Origin: Afifellaceae bacterium
GTDB taxonomy: Bacteria; Pseudomonadota; Alphaproteobacteria; Rhizobiales; Afifellaceae
NCBI GenBank assembly: GCA_028284625.1
Contig: JANQRH010000008.1
Span: 227,441 to 291,440 of the forward strand
DNA: 64,000 nucleotides
Direction of reading: 5' to 3'
In this document: one piece after another, positions 7,896 through 16,710 of the stretch
Numbering within the stretch: position 1 is the stretch's first letter
Layout: each line of letters starts with the position of its first letter
Notes under the pieces: generated by a model
The model's database searches: none
Told to the model about the DNA's origin: nothing
The model's input: the letters and a program-made list of their open reading frames with translations, nothing else
Program-made: the position numbers and the translations under genes

Positions 7896-8843
7896 TCAGC
7901 GGTATTCGCCGGCGAACATCTCAACCTTTTCAAGCCCGTCGGCAGTCACGAAGCCGGGGCCGGAGTTGATGTTGTTGCCAGGCAGCACGCCGTAGCGGTG
8001 ATAATTGGCCATGATCACCACAGGCAGATAGGCCTGCAGGAAGGGCTGCTGGTCGATGCCCCATTTGATCGTGCCCGCCTTGATGGCTTTGACGATCTCC
8101 TCGCCAAGGTCGAACGTGCCGAAGTAAATATCACCGGCCATGCCGTTCTCTTCCAGGGCCTGGATCGTCGGGTCGGCGGAAACCGGGCCGAGTGTCAGAA
8201 CGGCGTCGGTGTCCGGGTTGGTCGACAGGTAGGCCATCACCTTGTTCTTGACTTCGCCCGGGTCGGTGCCGCTGTCGAGCATGGATTCGCCAAGCTCAAC
8301 GCCAAGTCCATCGGCGAAGCCCTGGCAGCGCTCGACCAGCGAGGGCTGCTGGATGGTGTGGTTCACGCACAGGAACGAGGTGATGCCGTCGCCCTTGGCG
8401 CGCAGACCGGCGGCGTAGCCGGCGTCATATTCCGGCTGTCCGACATACATCAGAGCGCCCACTTCGCGGGCCTGATCGGCGGTGCCGGTGTTCATGATGA
8501 TGACGTCGACGCCGGAAGCGACCGCATCCATGATCGGACCGCTCAAGACGTCGTAATCGGCCAGCGTCGTGATGATGCCGTTGGGGCCGCTGGCGGCTGC
8601 CTGCTCGATGATGCGGGCCATGTCGGCGATGTCGCCGGTGGGCGGGTTGCGGTATTCGACCGAAACGCCCACCTGGTCGCCCGCCAGGGCGATGCCGTTC
8701 TTGATCGTGTTCCACCAGCTGTCGCTGTCAGGTGCGTGGCTTACCAGCACGTAGCTGAGGTCGTCCTGGGCCATTGCCGGCGCTGCAACCGGAGCGACAG
8801 CGAGCGCGGCGCCCACCGCCACAGATGCAATCAACGATCTCAT
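7896..8843 (-). CDS. periplasmic sugar-binding protein of ABC transporter (CUT2 type)
   Basis: Signal peptide MRSLIASVAVGAALAVAPVAAPAMA. Periplasmic-binding-protein type I features are present, and it is the first gene of the operon. Confidence 0.9.
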   Translation of the reverse strand: MRSLIASVAVGAALAVAPVAAPAMAQDDLSYVLVSHAPDSDSWWNTIKNGIALAGDQVGVSVEYRNPPTGDIADMARIIEQAAASGPNGIITTLADYDVLSGPIMDAVASGVDVIIMNTGTADQAREVGALMYVGQPEYDAGYAAGLRAKGDGITSFLCVNHTIQQPSLVERCQGFADGLGVELGESMLDSGTDPGEVKNKVMAYLSTNPDTDAVLTLGPVSADPTIQALEENGMAGDIYFGTFDLGEEIVKAIKAGTIKWGIDQQPFLQAYLPVVIMANYHRYGVLPGNNINSGPGFVTADGLEKVEMFAGEYR

Positions 8844-8934
8844 TCGTTCCTCCCGAATGGTGTTCAGTTCAAGTTTGAAGGGGGCGGTTCACCCACCTCT
8901 TCGTATGTAAGGAAACCACAGGTCCGGTTGTATC

Positions 8935-8946
8935 GCAATCGGTTGC
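8935..8946. promoter_or_regulatory. candidate LacI-family operator GCAATCGGTTGC upstream of the ABC operon
   Basis: The semi-palindromic GCAA-nCGn-TTGC core is identical to the cores at 9324-9335 (inverted) and 9396-9407. A LacI-family gene lies at 10708-11703. Confidence 0.4.
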
Positions 8947-9323
8947 GGTGGCGGCCTCAACGATGACGGAAGCATCTCTTTCTTGCTGAGTTCGGCGCTC
9001 TTTTTGGCTCCTGTCGATGTCTGGTCTACGGCTTTGCTGCTCTGTTCCCTACGCGGCGGAAGCGCCCTGGGGCGGTCAGCCCGGTGCTGCTTCGGTAGCT
9101 TTGCTCGCATCTGCGAAAGCCAGGCGCAGTGCCTGTTTCTGCCAACGCTGCCGGCGACGGGGTTCAGTTATCTTTGCCCCTGACCACCTAAGTCGGCGCC
9201 ATATTCGAGCGGGCGGGGTGGGTGGCGCTTTTCACCGAAGCGACTATGCCCTGCCAGCTTGATGGGCGACTGGCTTCTTGTTTCAATCCTCCGGGCCGAA
9301 CCCTTAGGGGATCGGCGGTTCGT

Positions 9324-9335
9324 TTGCAACCGATT
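9324..9335. promoter_or_regulatory. candidate LacI-family operator (TTGCAACCGATT, reverse complement of the 9396 site)
   Basis: Exact 12-bp reverse complement of 9396-9407. It lies in an AT-rich promoter region upstream of the gene starting at 9498. Confidence 0.4.
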
Positions 9336-9395
9336 TCTTTGTTTCGCATCAATGAATGATCTATCTATTTCATATTACTAGATTTATTGTCTAGC

Positions 9396-9407
9396 AATCG
9401 GTTGCAA
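9396..9407. promoter_or_regulatory. candidate LacI-family operator (AATCGGTTGCAA), nested with a second inverted repeat gatctatct/agatagatc (9358-9366 / 9408-9416)
   Basis: Read directly. It sits about 90 nt upstream of the ATG at 9498. Confidence 0.4.
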
Positions 9408-9497
9408 GATAGATCGTCTGCCGGCCCCCAGGGATCATCTGTGATGGGCGCGTGAGGCGGGGCCCGAGGTGGCATCAACGGTGAGGAGGAGCTTGGG

Positions 9498-10685
9498 ATG
9501 TTGGATCACCCAACGGCGTCAGACGCGGTCTGGTTGAACGATCAAGCGTGCGACCTCGCGGCGTTTGAAGCGCATGTAAGCCGCAACACGCAGCCGGCTG
9601 ACTATCCGTTGGCGGCGGAGATTGCGGACAACGTCCCTGTCTATGACGGCGCGACGCTTCGCGAGTGCTTTGCTTCAGAAGCGACGGCGCGGCAGGTCAG
9701 GGCGGAGTTCAATCGTGCGTTCAAGGACGGCCCTGGGATCGTCGTCATCCGCAACGGCCATCCTGATCACGCGTTGCTTGATGATGTGACTGCGGTGCTT
9801 GCCGAGATCATTGCGGAGGAGGAGGCGGGGAATGCCGGTAAAGGCGATCACTTCGCCGCGGCCGGCGCCAACAGCCGCTTGTGGAACGCGCATGAAAAGC
9901 TCTGCGTTCGTGCGCCGGAGCTTTATGCGCGCTACAACGCAAATGAAGTCATCCGTCGCGCCAGCGAGGCGTGGCTCGGACCGAACTACCAGCTCACCAC
10001 GCAGGTGAATGTGGTGCGCCCCGGCGGCAAGGCGCAGACGGCGCATCGCGATTACCACATGGGCTTTCAGACGGCCGACACGCTTGTCGGTTACCCCGCC
10101 TCGGCGCATGCGCTCTCCGCGGCGCTGACTCTGCAAGGCGGCGTGGCGCATTGCGATATGCCGGTGGAGGCGGGGCCGACGAAGCTCCTGCCTTATTCGC
10201 AAAGCTACGTGCCGGGCTACATCGCGGTGCTGCGGCACGAGTTCCGAGACTTCTTCGAGGCGCATTACGTGCAGCTGCCGCTCAACAAGGGCGATCTTCT
10301 GTTCTTCAATCCGGCGACTTTCCATGCCGCGGGGGACAATCGCACGACGGACGTTCAGCGCTTCGCCAACCTGATGCAGATCGGCTCCGGTTATGGGCGT
10401 TCAATTGAGATCGTCGATCGCAGCCGCATGACCAAGGCGGTCTACCCACATCTCCTCCGGTTGTCGGAAAGCGGTAACTTGAGCGCGCGCGAGGTCGACA
10501 ATGTGGTCGCGGCGACGGCGGAGGGTTATCCGTTTCCTGCCAATCTCGACATCGATTCACCCTTGAGCGGCATGGCGCCGCCGAGCCAACAGGACGTGCT
10601 GCGCCAAGCGCTGGCGGAAAGCTGGAGCGAGTCGCGGTTGGCGGCAGCCATCGACGAGCAGGATGGGCGCAAGCGGTCGCATTAG
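9498..10685 (+). CDS. phytanoyl-CoA dioxygenase (PhyH) family Fe(II)/2-oxoglutarate-dependent oxygenase
   Basis: RBS GAGGAGGA. The H-x-D motif (HRDYHMG) and a distal His (FHAAGDNRT) match the facial triad of PhyH-like oxygenases. Confidence 0.7.
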   Translation: MLDHPTASDAVWLNDQACDLAAFEAHVSRNTQPADYPLAAEIADNVPVYDGATLRECFASEATARQVRAEFNRAFKDGPGIVVIRNGHPDHALLDDVTAVLAEIIAEEEAGNAGKGDHFAAAGANSRLWNAHEKLCVRAPELYARYNANEVIRRASEAWLGPNYQLTTQVNVVRPGGKAQTAHRDYHMGFQTADTLVGYPASAHALSAALTLQGGVAHCDMPVEAGPTKLLPYSQSYVPGYIAVLRHEFRDFFEAHYVQLPLNKGDLLFFNPATFHAAGDNRTTDVQRFANLMQIGSGYGRSIEIVDRSRMTKAVYPHLLRLSESGNLSAREVDNVVAATAEGYPFPANLDIDSPLSGMAPPSQQDVLRQALAESWSESRLAAAIDEQDGRKRSH

Positions 10686-10707
10686 CGCAGACGCCTGCGG
10701 GCCATGA

Positions 10708-11703
10708 TCACTCCGACTTAAGCGTGTCGCGGTGAACGACCTCGCAGGGCAGGAGCCGCGTCTCAGGCGTCGCTTCCGGGTCCTTGATGAGCGATTGGAC
10801 GAGGTCGACGGAGGCGGCGATGATTTCGGGAAACGGCTGGCGGATCGTTGTCAGCCGGATGCCGCGCCAGGCCGCCATGTCCATGTCGTTAATGCCCATG
10901 ATGCCGACGTCGTCCGGCACCTTGAGCCCGGCTTTGGCGAGCGCGCTCATGGCGCCAATCGCGACGACGTCGTCGCCGCAGAGATAGGCTTCCGCTAGGT
11001 CGCCTTGGGCGATCAGGCGGGACATCTCCTCGTGTCCGGCATCGTAGCTGTAGGCTTTGGCGAAGCTTCTGGGGTAGTCCGGATCGCGCGGGCGGACGAC
11101 GCTATCGAAGCCGCGGATGCGGTCGGCGGTCGACGTTGCGCCCTTTGGGCCACCCAGGAATCCGATGCGCTTGTAGCCACGCTCAAAGAGCGTGTGCGCG
11201 GCGAGTTCGCCGCAATAAGCGTTGTCGACGCCGACGACGTGGGTGTGCGACTCGCCGGAATAGCGCCCGAAGCTGTGGACGACGGGCAGTCCGGCCTTCC
11301 GAAACGCGACGGCGAAACTCGTCGGCAGCGTGGAGGAGGCGACGATGACGCCGTCTACGGAATATTGCATCAGCATGCGCACCGACGATTCCGGTTCGGT
11401 CTCACCGGAGAGGTTCACCAGGAGGGGGCGAAACCCGCGCTCCTGAATAAGGCGCGTGAAGAGATCGAAGACGACCAGAAAGATCGGATTGCGGAAATTG
11501 TCGGCGACCAGTCCGATCAGCTTGGTGCGCCGCGTGGTCAGGCTGCTGGCCAGAACGTTGGGCCGATAGCCGAGCGCCTCTGCTGCGCGAAGGACCTTCT
11601 TGCGGGTCTTGTCGGAGATGGACGCGCCCTCCGTGAAGGTGCGCGAAACGGCTGAGCGCGACACTCCTGCCTTCGCCGCCACTTCCTTCAGCGTCACGCG
11701 CAC
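10708..11703 (-). CDS. LacI family transcriptional regulator (ORF track over-extends to 12201)
   Basis: The GTG at 11703 gives (M)RVTLKEVAAKAGVSRSAVSRTF, the canonical LacI HTH N-terminus. A periplasmic-binding-protein-like effector domain follows. Confidence 0.85.
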   Translation of the reverse strand: MRVTLKEVAAKAGVSRSAVSRTFTEGASISDKTRKKVLRAAEALGYRPNVLASSLTTRRTKLIGLVADNFRNPIFLVVFDLFTRLIQERGFRPLLVNLSGETEPESSVRMLMQYSVDGVIVASSTLPTSFAVAFRKAGLPVVHSFGRYSGESHTHVVGVDNAYCGELAAHTLFERGYKRIGFLGGPKGATSTADRIRGFDSVVRPRDPDYPRSFAKAYSYDAGHEEMSRLIAQGDLAEAYLCGDDVVAIGAMSALAKAGLKVPDDVGIMGINDMDMAAWRGIRLTTIRQPFPEIIAASVDLVQSLIKDPEATPETRLLPCEVVHRDTLKSE

Positions 11704-11872
11704 GGGTTCGACCAATCCGATAAAGCCCTTGGGAAACCCAGGTTTAGAGGGCGCGGGCCGGGGGTGGCAACAGGCAATCGGGAGATGCGTGCCACGTTGT
11801 CTCTTCTCCGCGAGCGGCAAGCGCTTTAGAGAAAGCGGTGAAGCGCCAGGGCGTAACAACCGGAGGCATCTC

Positions 11873-13324
11873 ATGTTGCAAAAGCTTGAATATAAGCGCG
11901 AAGCCAATCTCATTGGCGGCGAGTGGGTGGGTGCCGACAACGGCGCGACCATCGACGTGAACGATCCCGCGACGGGGGAGACGATCGGTTCGGTTCCCAA
12001 TTGCGGAACGGCGGAGACCCGGCGCGCCATCGAAGCCGCTGAAGCCGCGCAGCCCGGCTGGGCGGCGAAGACGGCCGCGGAACGCGCCGAGATTCTGCAT
12101 CGCCTGGCCGCGCTCATCCGCGAAAACCAGGAAGAGCTTGCCATGCTCCTCACCTTCGAGCAGGGCAAGCCGCTCGCCGAGGCGCGCGGCGAGGTGGGCA
12201 TGGGCGCTGCCTATATTCAGTGGTTCGCGGAAGAGGCGCGGCGCATCTACGGCGACATCATTCCCTCGCCATGGGCGGGACGGCAATTGTTGGTGCAGAA
12301 GCAGCCGGTTGGTGTGGTCGCGGCGATCACGCCATGGAACTTTCCAGCGGCCATGATCGCGCGCAAGCTTGGCCCGGCGCTGGCAGTTGGCTGCACGGTC
12401 GTTGTGAAGCCCGCCTCGCAGACGCCTTACTCGGGGCTCGCTTGGGGCGTGCTCTGCGAGAAGGCCGGCGTTCCGGCGGGCGTGGTCAATGTCGTGACGG
12501 GTTCGGCACGCGAGATCGGCGCTGAGATCTGCGCCAATCCGCTTGTGCGCAAGGTCTCCTTCACCGGCTCCACGGAGGTCGGCAAGGTACTGGTGGAGCA
12601 GGGGGCCGCCACGATGAAGCGCATGTCCATGGAGCTCGGCGGCAACGCGCCCTTCCTGGTGTTCGACGATGCCGACGTGGATGCGGCCGTGGAGGGTGCG
12701 ATGCTCGCCAAGTATCGCAATTCCGGCCAGACATGCGTTTGCACGAACCGGTTCTATGTGCAGACCGGCATCTATGAGGCGTTCGCCGAGAAACTCACCG
12801 ATGCGGTCAAGCGCCTCAAGGTGGGCGACGGGCGCCAGGACGGCGTGCAGCAGGGTCCGCTTATCGACGAACGTGCCGTCGACAAGGTGCAGCAGCATAT
12901 CGATGACGCGGTGAAAAAGGGTGGCACGGTGCTCGCCGGCGGCAAGCGTCATGCGCTCGGCGGCACGTTCTATGAGCCAACCGTTATCCGCGACGCGTCA
13001 CAGGACATGACCGTCGCACAGGAGGAAACGTTCGGTCCGCTCAGCCCGATCTTTCGCTTCGAGACGGAGGAGGAAGCCATCGCACGGGCAAATGACACGG
13101 ACTTTGGTCTGGCCTGTTATTTCTACACGCGCGATCTCGCGCGTGTCTTTCGTGTCTCGCAAGGTTTGAAATACGGGCTCGTCGGTGTGAATGCCGGTTT
13201 TCTGACATCCGAGGTTGCGCCGTTCGGCGGCGTCAAGGAATCCGGCATGGGCCGCGAGGGATCCAAGTACGGCTGCGACGACTATCTCGACATCAAATAT
13301 GTTTGCGTGGCTGGATTGGACTGA
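11873..13324 (+). CDS. gabD: succinate-semialdehyde dehydrogenase (NAD(P)+), aldehyde dehydrogenase family
   Basis: ATG at 11873 with a GGAGG RBS. The protein aligns along its length by eye with E. coli GabD: LIGGEWV..IDV.NPA.G..GSVP, EQGKPLAEA.GE, ITPWNFPAAMI.RK.GPALA.GC, ELGGNAPF.VFDDAD, EETFGPL.P.FRF, GREGSKYG..DYL.IKY. Confidence 0.9.
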   Translation: MLQKLEYKREANLIGGEWVGADNGATIDVNDPATGETIGSVPNCGTAETRRAIEAAEAAQPGWAAKTAAERAEILHRLAALIRENQEELAMLLTFEQGKPLAEARGEVGMGAAYIQWFAEEARRIYGDIIPSPWAGRQLLVQKQPVGVVAAITPWNFPAAMIARKLGPALAVGCTVVVKPASQTPYSGLAWGVLCEKAGVPAGVVNVVTGSAREIGAEICANPLVRKVSFTGSTEVGKVLVEQGAATMKRMSMELGGNAPFLVFDDADVDAAVEGAMLAKYRNSGQTCVCTNRFYVQTGIYEAFAEKLTDAVKRLKVGDGRQDGVQQGPLIDERAVDKVQQHIDDAVKKGGTVLAGGKRHALGGTFYEPTVIRDASQDMTVAQEETFGPLSPIFRFETEEEAIARANDTDFGLACYFYTRDLARVFRVSQGLKYGLVGVNAGFLTSEVAPFGGVKESGMGREGSKYGCDDYLDIKYVCVAGLD

Positions 13325-13345
13325 GTGCGGCAACCGAGTGTGAAG

Positions 13346-14515
13346 ATGAACATACCCTTTGATGCAGACGAACTGGATCGCTTGATGGAGGGGGAGGGGA
13401 TCGATCTCCTCCTCGCCACCTCGAAGCACAATGTCCAATATCTGCTCGGCGGCTATCGTTTCTTCTTCTTCGACTACATGGATGCGATTGGGCTCAGCCG
13501 TTATTTGCCCATTCTTGTCTACCCGCGCGGACGGCCGAATGACGCCGCCTATTTCGCAAATTCCATGGAGCCGATCCGGCCGGAGAACAATGCCGGCTGG
13601 CCGCCGCGCGTCTCAGCTGAGAATTGGGGCACGCAGGACTCCATGGCGCAGGCGATCGCGCACATCGAGAAGCTCGGCGTCGCGCCGCGAAAGATCGGGA
13701 TTGAGTCCGGCTTCCTGCCGACAGATGCCTTCAAGGTGTTGGAGGCGCGTTTCGGCAATACCCGCATTGAGGACGCGGTCGTGGTTCTGGAGCGGCTGCG
13801 CGCGGTGAAGACAGCGGAGGAAATTGCACATCTGCGGAGATCATCAGAAAACGTCGTGGATTCCATGCTGACAGTGTTCGCCGAACATGGGCCGGGCACG
13901 AAGAAATCCGAGCTGATCGATGCTCTACGGCTTGAGGAAACCAAGCGCGGCCTCATCTTCGAGTATTGCCTAGCGACGGTCGGGCGGAGCCTGAACCGCT
14001 CGCCAAACGACGATGTCTGGAACGACGGCGAGATCGCCTCGCTCGATTCAGGCGGCAACTACAAAGGCTATATTGGGGATCTCTGCCGCATGGCGGTGCT
14101 TGGCGAGCCGGACAGCGAGCTGCAGGACCTATTGGCCGAGGTTGACAGCGTGCAGCAAGCGGCGCGCAAGCCGATCCGGCCCGGCACAAATGGCGGCGAC
14201 ATCATCGCAGCCGGCTTGGCGGCGCTTAAGGACTGTCCGCACAAAGAGGTCATGCGTTACGTCGCCCACGGCATGGGGCTCGTAAGCCACGAAGCGCCGA
14301 GGCTAACGTCGCAGACGGACGTTCCGTATCCCGCGAGCGATGCTGACAAACCGCTCCAGGAGGGGATGGTGGTGTCGATTGAGACGACGCTGCCGCATCC
14401 AAAGCGCGGTTTCATCAAGCTGGAGGACACAGTGCTGGTCACCGCCGACGGCTGGGAAGGCCTTGGCGATGATGGTCGCGGCTGGACGGTCGCGGGAACA
14501 CGGGTGGTCGGCTAG
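13346..14515 (+). CDS. M24 family metallopeptidase (Xaa-Pro aminopeptidase / creatinase / ectoine-hydrolase-like)
   Basis: Creatinase-like N-domain plus a pita-bread C-domain (ASLDSGGNYKGYIGDLCR, HGMGLVSHEAP, VVSIETTL). ATG at 13346; the track uses a GTG at 13325. Confidence 0.8.
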   Translation: MNIPFDADELDRLMEGEGIDLLLATSKHNVQYLLGGYRFFFFDYMDAIGLSRYLPILVYPRGRPNDAAYFANSMEPIRPENNAGWPPRVSAENWGTQDSMAQAIAHIEKLGVAPRKIGIESGFLPTDAFKVLEARFGNTRIEDAVVVLERLRAVKTAEEIAHLRRSSENVVDSMLTVFAEHGPGTKKSELIDALRLEETKRGLIFEYCLATVGRSLNRSPNDDVWNDGEIASLDSGGNYKGYIGDLCRMAVLGEPDSELQDLLAEVDSVQQAARKPIRPGTNGGDIIAAGLAALKDCPHKEVMRYVAHGMGLVSHEAPRLTSQTDVPYPASDADKPLQEGMVVSIETTLPHPKRGFIKLEDTVLVTADGWEGLGDDGRGWTVAGTRVVG

Positions 14516-14524
14516 TCCGAGTTT

Positions 14525-14637
14525 GGGGGAGGGGTGGGCCACATTCCTCTAAGGATCAACCCGCTCACCCCCTCCCGAAAACCGCTGCGCAAGCACTTAC
14601 GGTTTTCGACCTCCCCTCAAGGAGGAGGTTGAGCGAA
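14525..14637. repeat. REP/MITE-like intergenic repeat, family 1 (partial left arm plus full right arm)
   Basis: The segment gatcaacccgctcaccccctcccgaaaaccgctgcgcaagcacttacggttttcgacctcccctcaaggaggagg closely matches both arms of the element at 23617-23772. Confidence 0.7.
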
Positions 14638-14677
14638 GCCCGCCGCTAGCGCGGGGCCCCCGATGGCAGCTAGGCGC

Positions 14678-15682
14678 CTAGAGCGCTTCCGCCTTGACCA
14701 GCGAATGGACATCTTCCACGCGCGCGGCGTCGAGGTCGTCCTCGGAGATATCGAAAGTCTCGCCGACGAGGTCCTCAATGCCCTTCACAAGCGCGAGTGC
14801 ATCGAGCCCGTAATAGCGCATCAAATAGGGGCGCGAGCCGCCATGGGCATAGGTGTCCTTCAGCCCCAGGCGGATCAGGCGCTTGCCGATTCCGGCACTG
14901 GCCATCGTCTCGGCGACGAGGCTGCCGATGCCGCCTTCGGTGACGTGATTTTCAAGCGTGATGACGCCATGTTTGACCGACCCGATATGATCGAGAAGCG
15001 ACTTCTCGTCGAAAGGCTTGATGGTGCTGAGGTGGAGATGCCGAATCGACAATCCGGCCTTCGCCAAAGCAGAGCGGGCGCGCATCGCTTCTTCGGTGCA
15101 GATGCCGGCGGTAACGACGAGAATATCGTCGCCGGTTGAGAGCTCGCGCATCTCGCCGACCTTGATCGGGCTGTCAAAGAGCCGCGGGACCGAGCCGCGT
15201 AGGATGCGGCACCAGACGGGGCCGTCGATGGAATCGGCGGCCTCGCAGATCGACTCCACCTCCGTTGCGTCTCCGGTTTCCAGGATGGTCATGTTGGGGA
15301 TGGAGCGCATCACGCTGATGTCCTCGATCGACTGATGGGTCATGCCACCGGGCGTGGTGACACCAGGGAGGAATCCCATCAGCCGCACCTTGCGGCGCGG
15401 ATACGCGATCGAGGCCATCAGCTGATCATACGGGCGGCGGTACATGAACACGCCGAACGTATGAATGAACGGGCGGTAGCCGGCGAGGCCGAGCCCGCCG
15501 GCGAAGCTCAACATGTTTTGCTCCGCCATGCCGAGTGAGACGAACTGGTCGGGATGGCGATCGCGGAAACCGTCGACCTCGCAGCTCGATGTCAAATCGG
15601 CCGAAAGGCACAGCACGTTTGGATGAGCGACGGCGTATTTCTCGAAAGCTGCCGCGTAGGGGCGAGAGACCATCTCAACCAT
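14678..15682 (-). CDS. transketolase, C-terminal (pyrimidine-binding) subunit
   Basis: 334 aa with the Pyr and C-terminal transketolase domains (GMAEQNM, FIHTFGVF). It lies 9 nt downstream of the N-terminal subunit gene. Confidence 0.9.
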   Translation of the reverse strand: MVEMVSRPYAAAFEKYAVAHPNVLCLSADLTSSCEVDGFRDRHPDQFVSLGMAEQNMLSFAGGLGLAGYRPFIHTFGVFMYRRPYDQLMASIAYPRRKVRLMGFLPGVTTPGGMTHQSIEDISVMRSIPNMTILETGDATEVESICEAADSIDGPVWCRILRGSVPRLFDSPIKVGEMRELSTGDDILVVTAGICTEEAMRARSALAKAGLSIRHLHLSTIKPFDEKSLLDHIGSVKHGVITLENHVTEGGIGSLVAETMASAGIGKRLIRLGLKDTYAHGGSRPYLMRYYGLDALALVKGIEDLVGETFDISEDDLDAARVEDVHSLVKAEAL

Positions 15683-15691
15683 ATTCGATCC

Positions 15692-16618
15692 TCAGTGCTG
15701 GTACTCGATAGGCTCAATGCCGAGATCGGCGGCGATGGAGACGTTCATGCGAGCGCGTTCGTCCTCCGACTTGAAGCGAACGTAGTGAAGGCGAGGGAAG
15801 CGCTCCTCAAGGATGCTCATCGCGTTGTACGGAGACGTATGCGCCAGGATGATCAGCGGCTTGCCGGCATGCGTCTCATTCATCGCATCGCGCATGGCGC
15901 TGAGGTCGTGACCGTCGATCTCCACGCAATGGGCGCCGAAGACGCGGAACTTTTCGGCGATGTCGCGGACCTCCATCACCGAGGCCATGGCGCCGTCGCA
16001 TTGCTGCTTGTTGACGTCCATGATGGCGTAGAGGTTGTCGATGCCGTGATGGGCGCAGGCCTGAACCGCCTCCCAGGTCTGGCCCTCCTGCACCTCGCCG
16101 TCGGACATGAACACCCAGGTGCGCCCGGGCTCGCCGCGACGCTTTCGGCCGTATGCGAGGCCCGCGCCGGTCGACAGGCCGATGCCCAGCGTGCCGTTGT
16201 GCACCTCCATGCCGGGGCTGTGCTCCGCCCCGATCATCTCAACGCTGGACCCGTCCTTGTTGAACATGTCCAGCCCTTCAGGTGCCATGCGGCCGACCTC
16301 GATCAGCGTGGCATAGGCGACCAACGCATAATGCGCCGGCGCGATGAACAGTCGGTCGAATTCGGGGGCGGCGGGGCCGTTGTAACCGGCGCCGGTGTGG
16401 TAATCTGTGTTGGTGGGCGAGGGCACGCCAGCGAACGGCGCGGGGATCGGCGGAAGCGTCGGGTCGCCGAGTTTCAGTTCCTCGTTATAGAGCCAGGCCA
16501 GTTGCTCGGCGGCTGAACAGGCCTGCGAAAGGTAGCCGCCATTGTTGCGGATCGAGTGCTCGAACACTCGGCGACGGATCCCAAGTGCGACGTCTTCTGT
16601 TGCCCGCTGGTTTCGCAT
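15692..16618 (-). CDS. transketolase, N-terminal (TPP-binding) subunit (ORF track over-extends to 16813)
   Basis: ATG at 16618 with a GGAG RBS. TPP-binding motif SDGEVQEGQTWEA and the GHSPGMEVHNGTLGIG region. Confidence 0.9.
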   Translation of the reverse strand: MRNQRATEDVALGIRRRVFEHSIRNNGGYLSQACSAAEQLAWLYNEELKLGDPTLPPIPAPFAGVPSPTNTDYHTGAGYNGPAAPEFDRLFIAPAHYALVAYATLIEVGRMAPEGLDMFNKDGSSVEMIGAEHSPGMEVHNGTLGIGLSTGAGLAYGRKRRGEPGRTWVFMSDGEVQEGQTWEAVQACAHHGIDNLYAIMDVNKQQCDGAMASVMEVRDIAEKFRVFGAHCVEIDGHDLSAMRDAMNETHAGKPLIILAHTSPYNAMSILEERFPRLHYVRFKSEDERARMNVSIAADLGIEPIEYQH

Positions 16619-16637
16619 CCGACCGGTCTCCTTCGAT

Positions 16638-16669
16638 GAACATATGACATTTTGTTTTACATATGTAAA
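16638..16669. promoter_or_regulatory. operator site A: GAACATATGACAT-n5-TTTACATATGTAAA, between the divergent transketolase and molybdoenzyme genes
   Basis: TTTACATATGTAAA (16656-16669) is a perfect 14-bp palindrome. The same half-site family recurs at 19194-19226 and 31570-31602. Confidence 0.5.
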
Positions 16670-16710
16670 GGTGGCTGGATGAGGCGCCAATATGTGATAA
16701 GGCTCCGCCC

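Noticed and set aside
8889-9262. Small ORFs (66-81 aa) inside the 650-bp intergenic region
   Set aside because: The translations are Cys/Arg/Ser-rich and not protein-like. They have no RBS and overlap one another in different frames.
10708-13324. Apparent ~600-bp overlap of divergent genes (497-aa ORF 10708-12201 and 574-aa ORF 11600-13324)
   Set aside because: Both are N-terminal over-extensions. The LacI HTH begins at the GTG at 11703. The GabD homology begins at the ATG at 11873, which has a GGAGG RBS. This leaves a normal 169-bp divergent promoter.
13325-14515. Assigning the M24 protein and the PhyH-like oxygenase specifically to ectoine/hydroxyectoine metabolism (DoeA / EctD-like)
   Set aside because: The EctD signature motif is not present in the PhyH-like protein. 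No DoeB/DoeC/DoeD-type set is adjacent. Only the family-level call is supportable.
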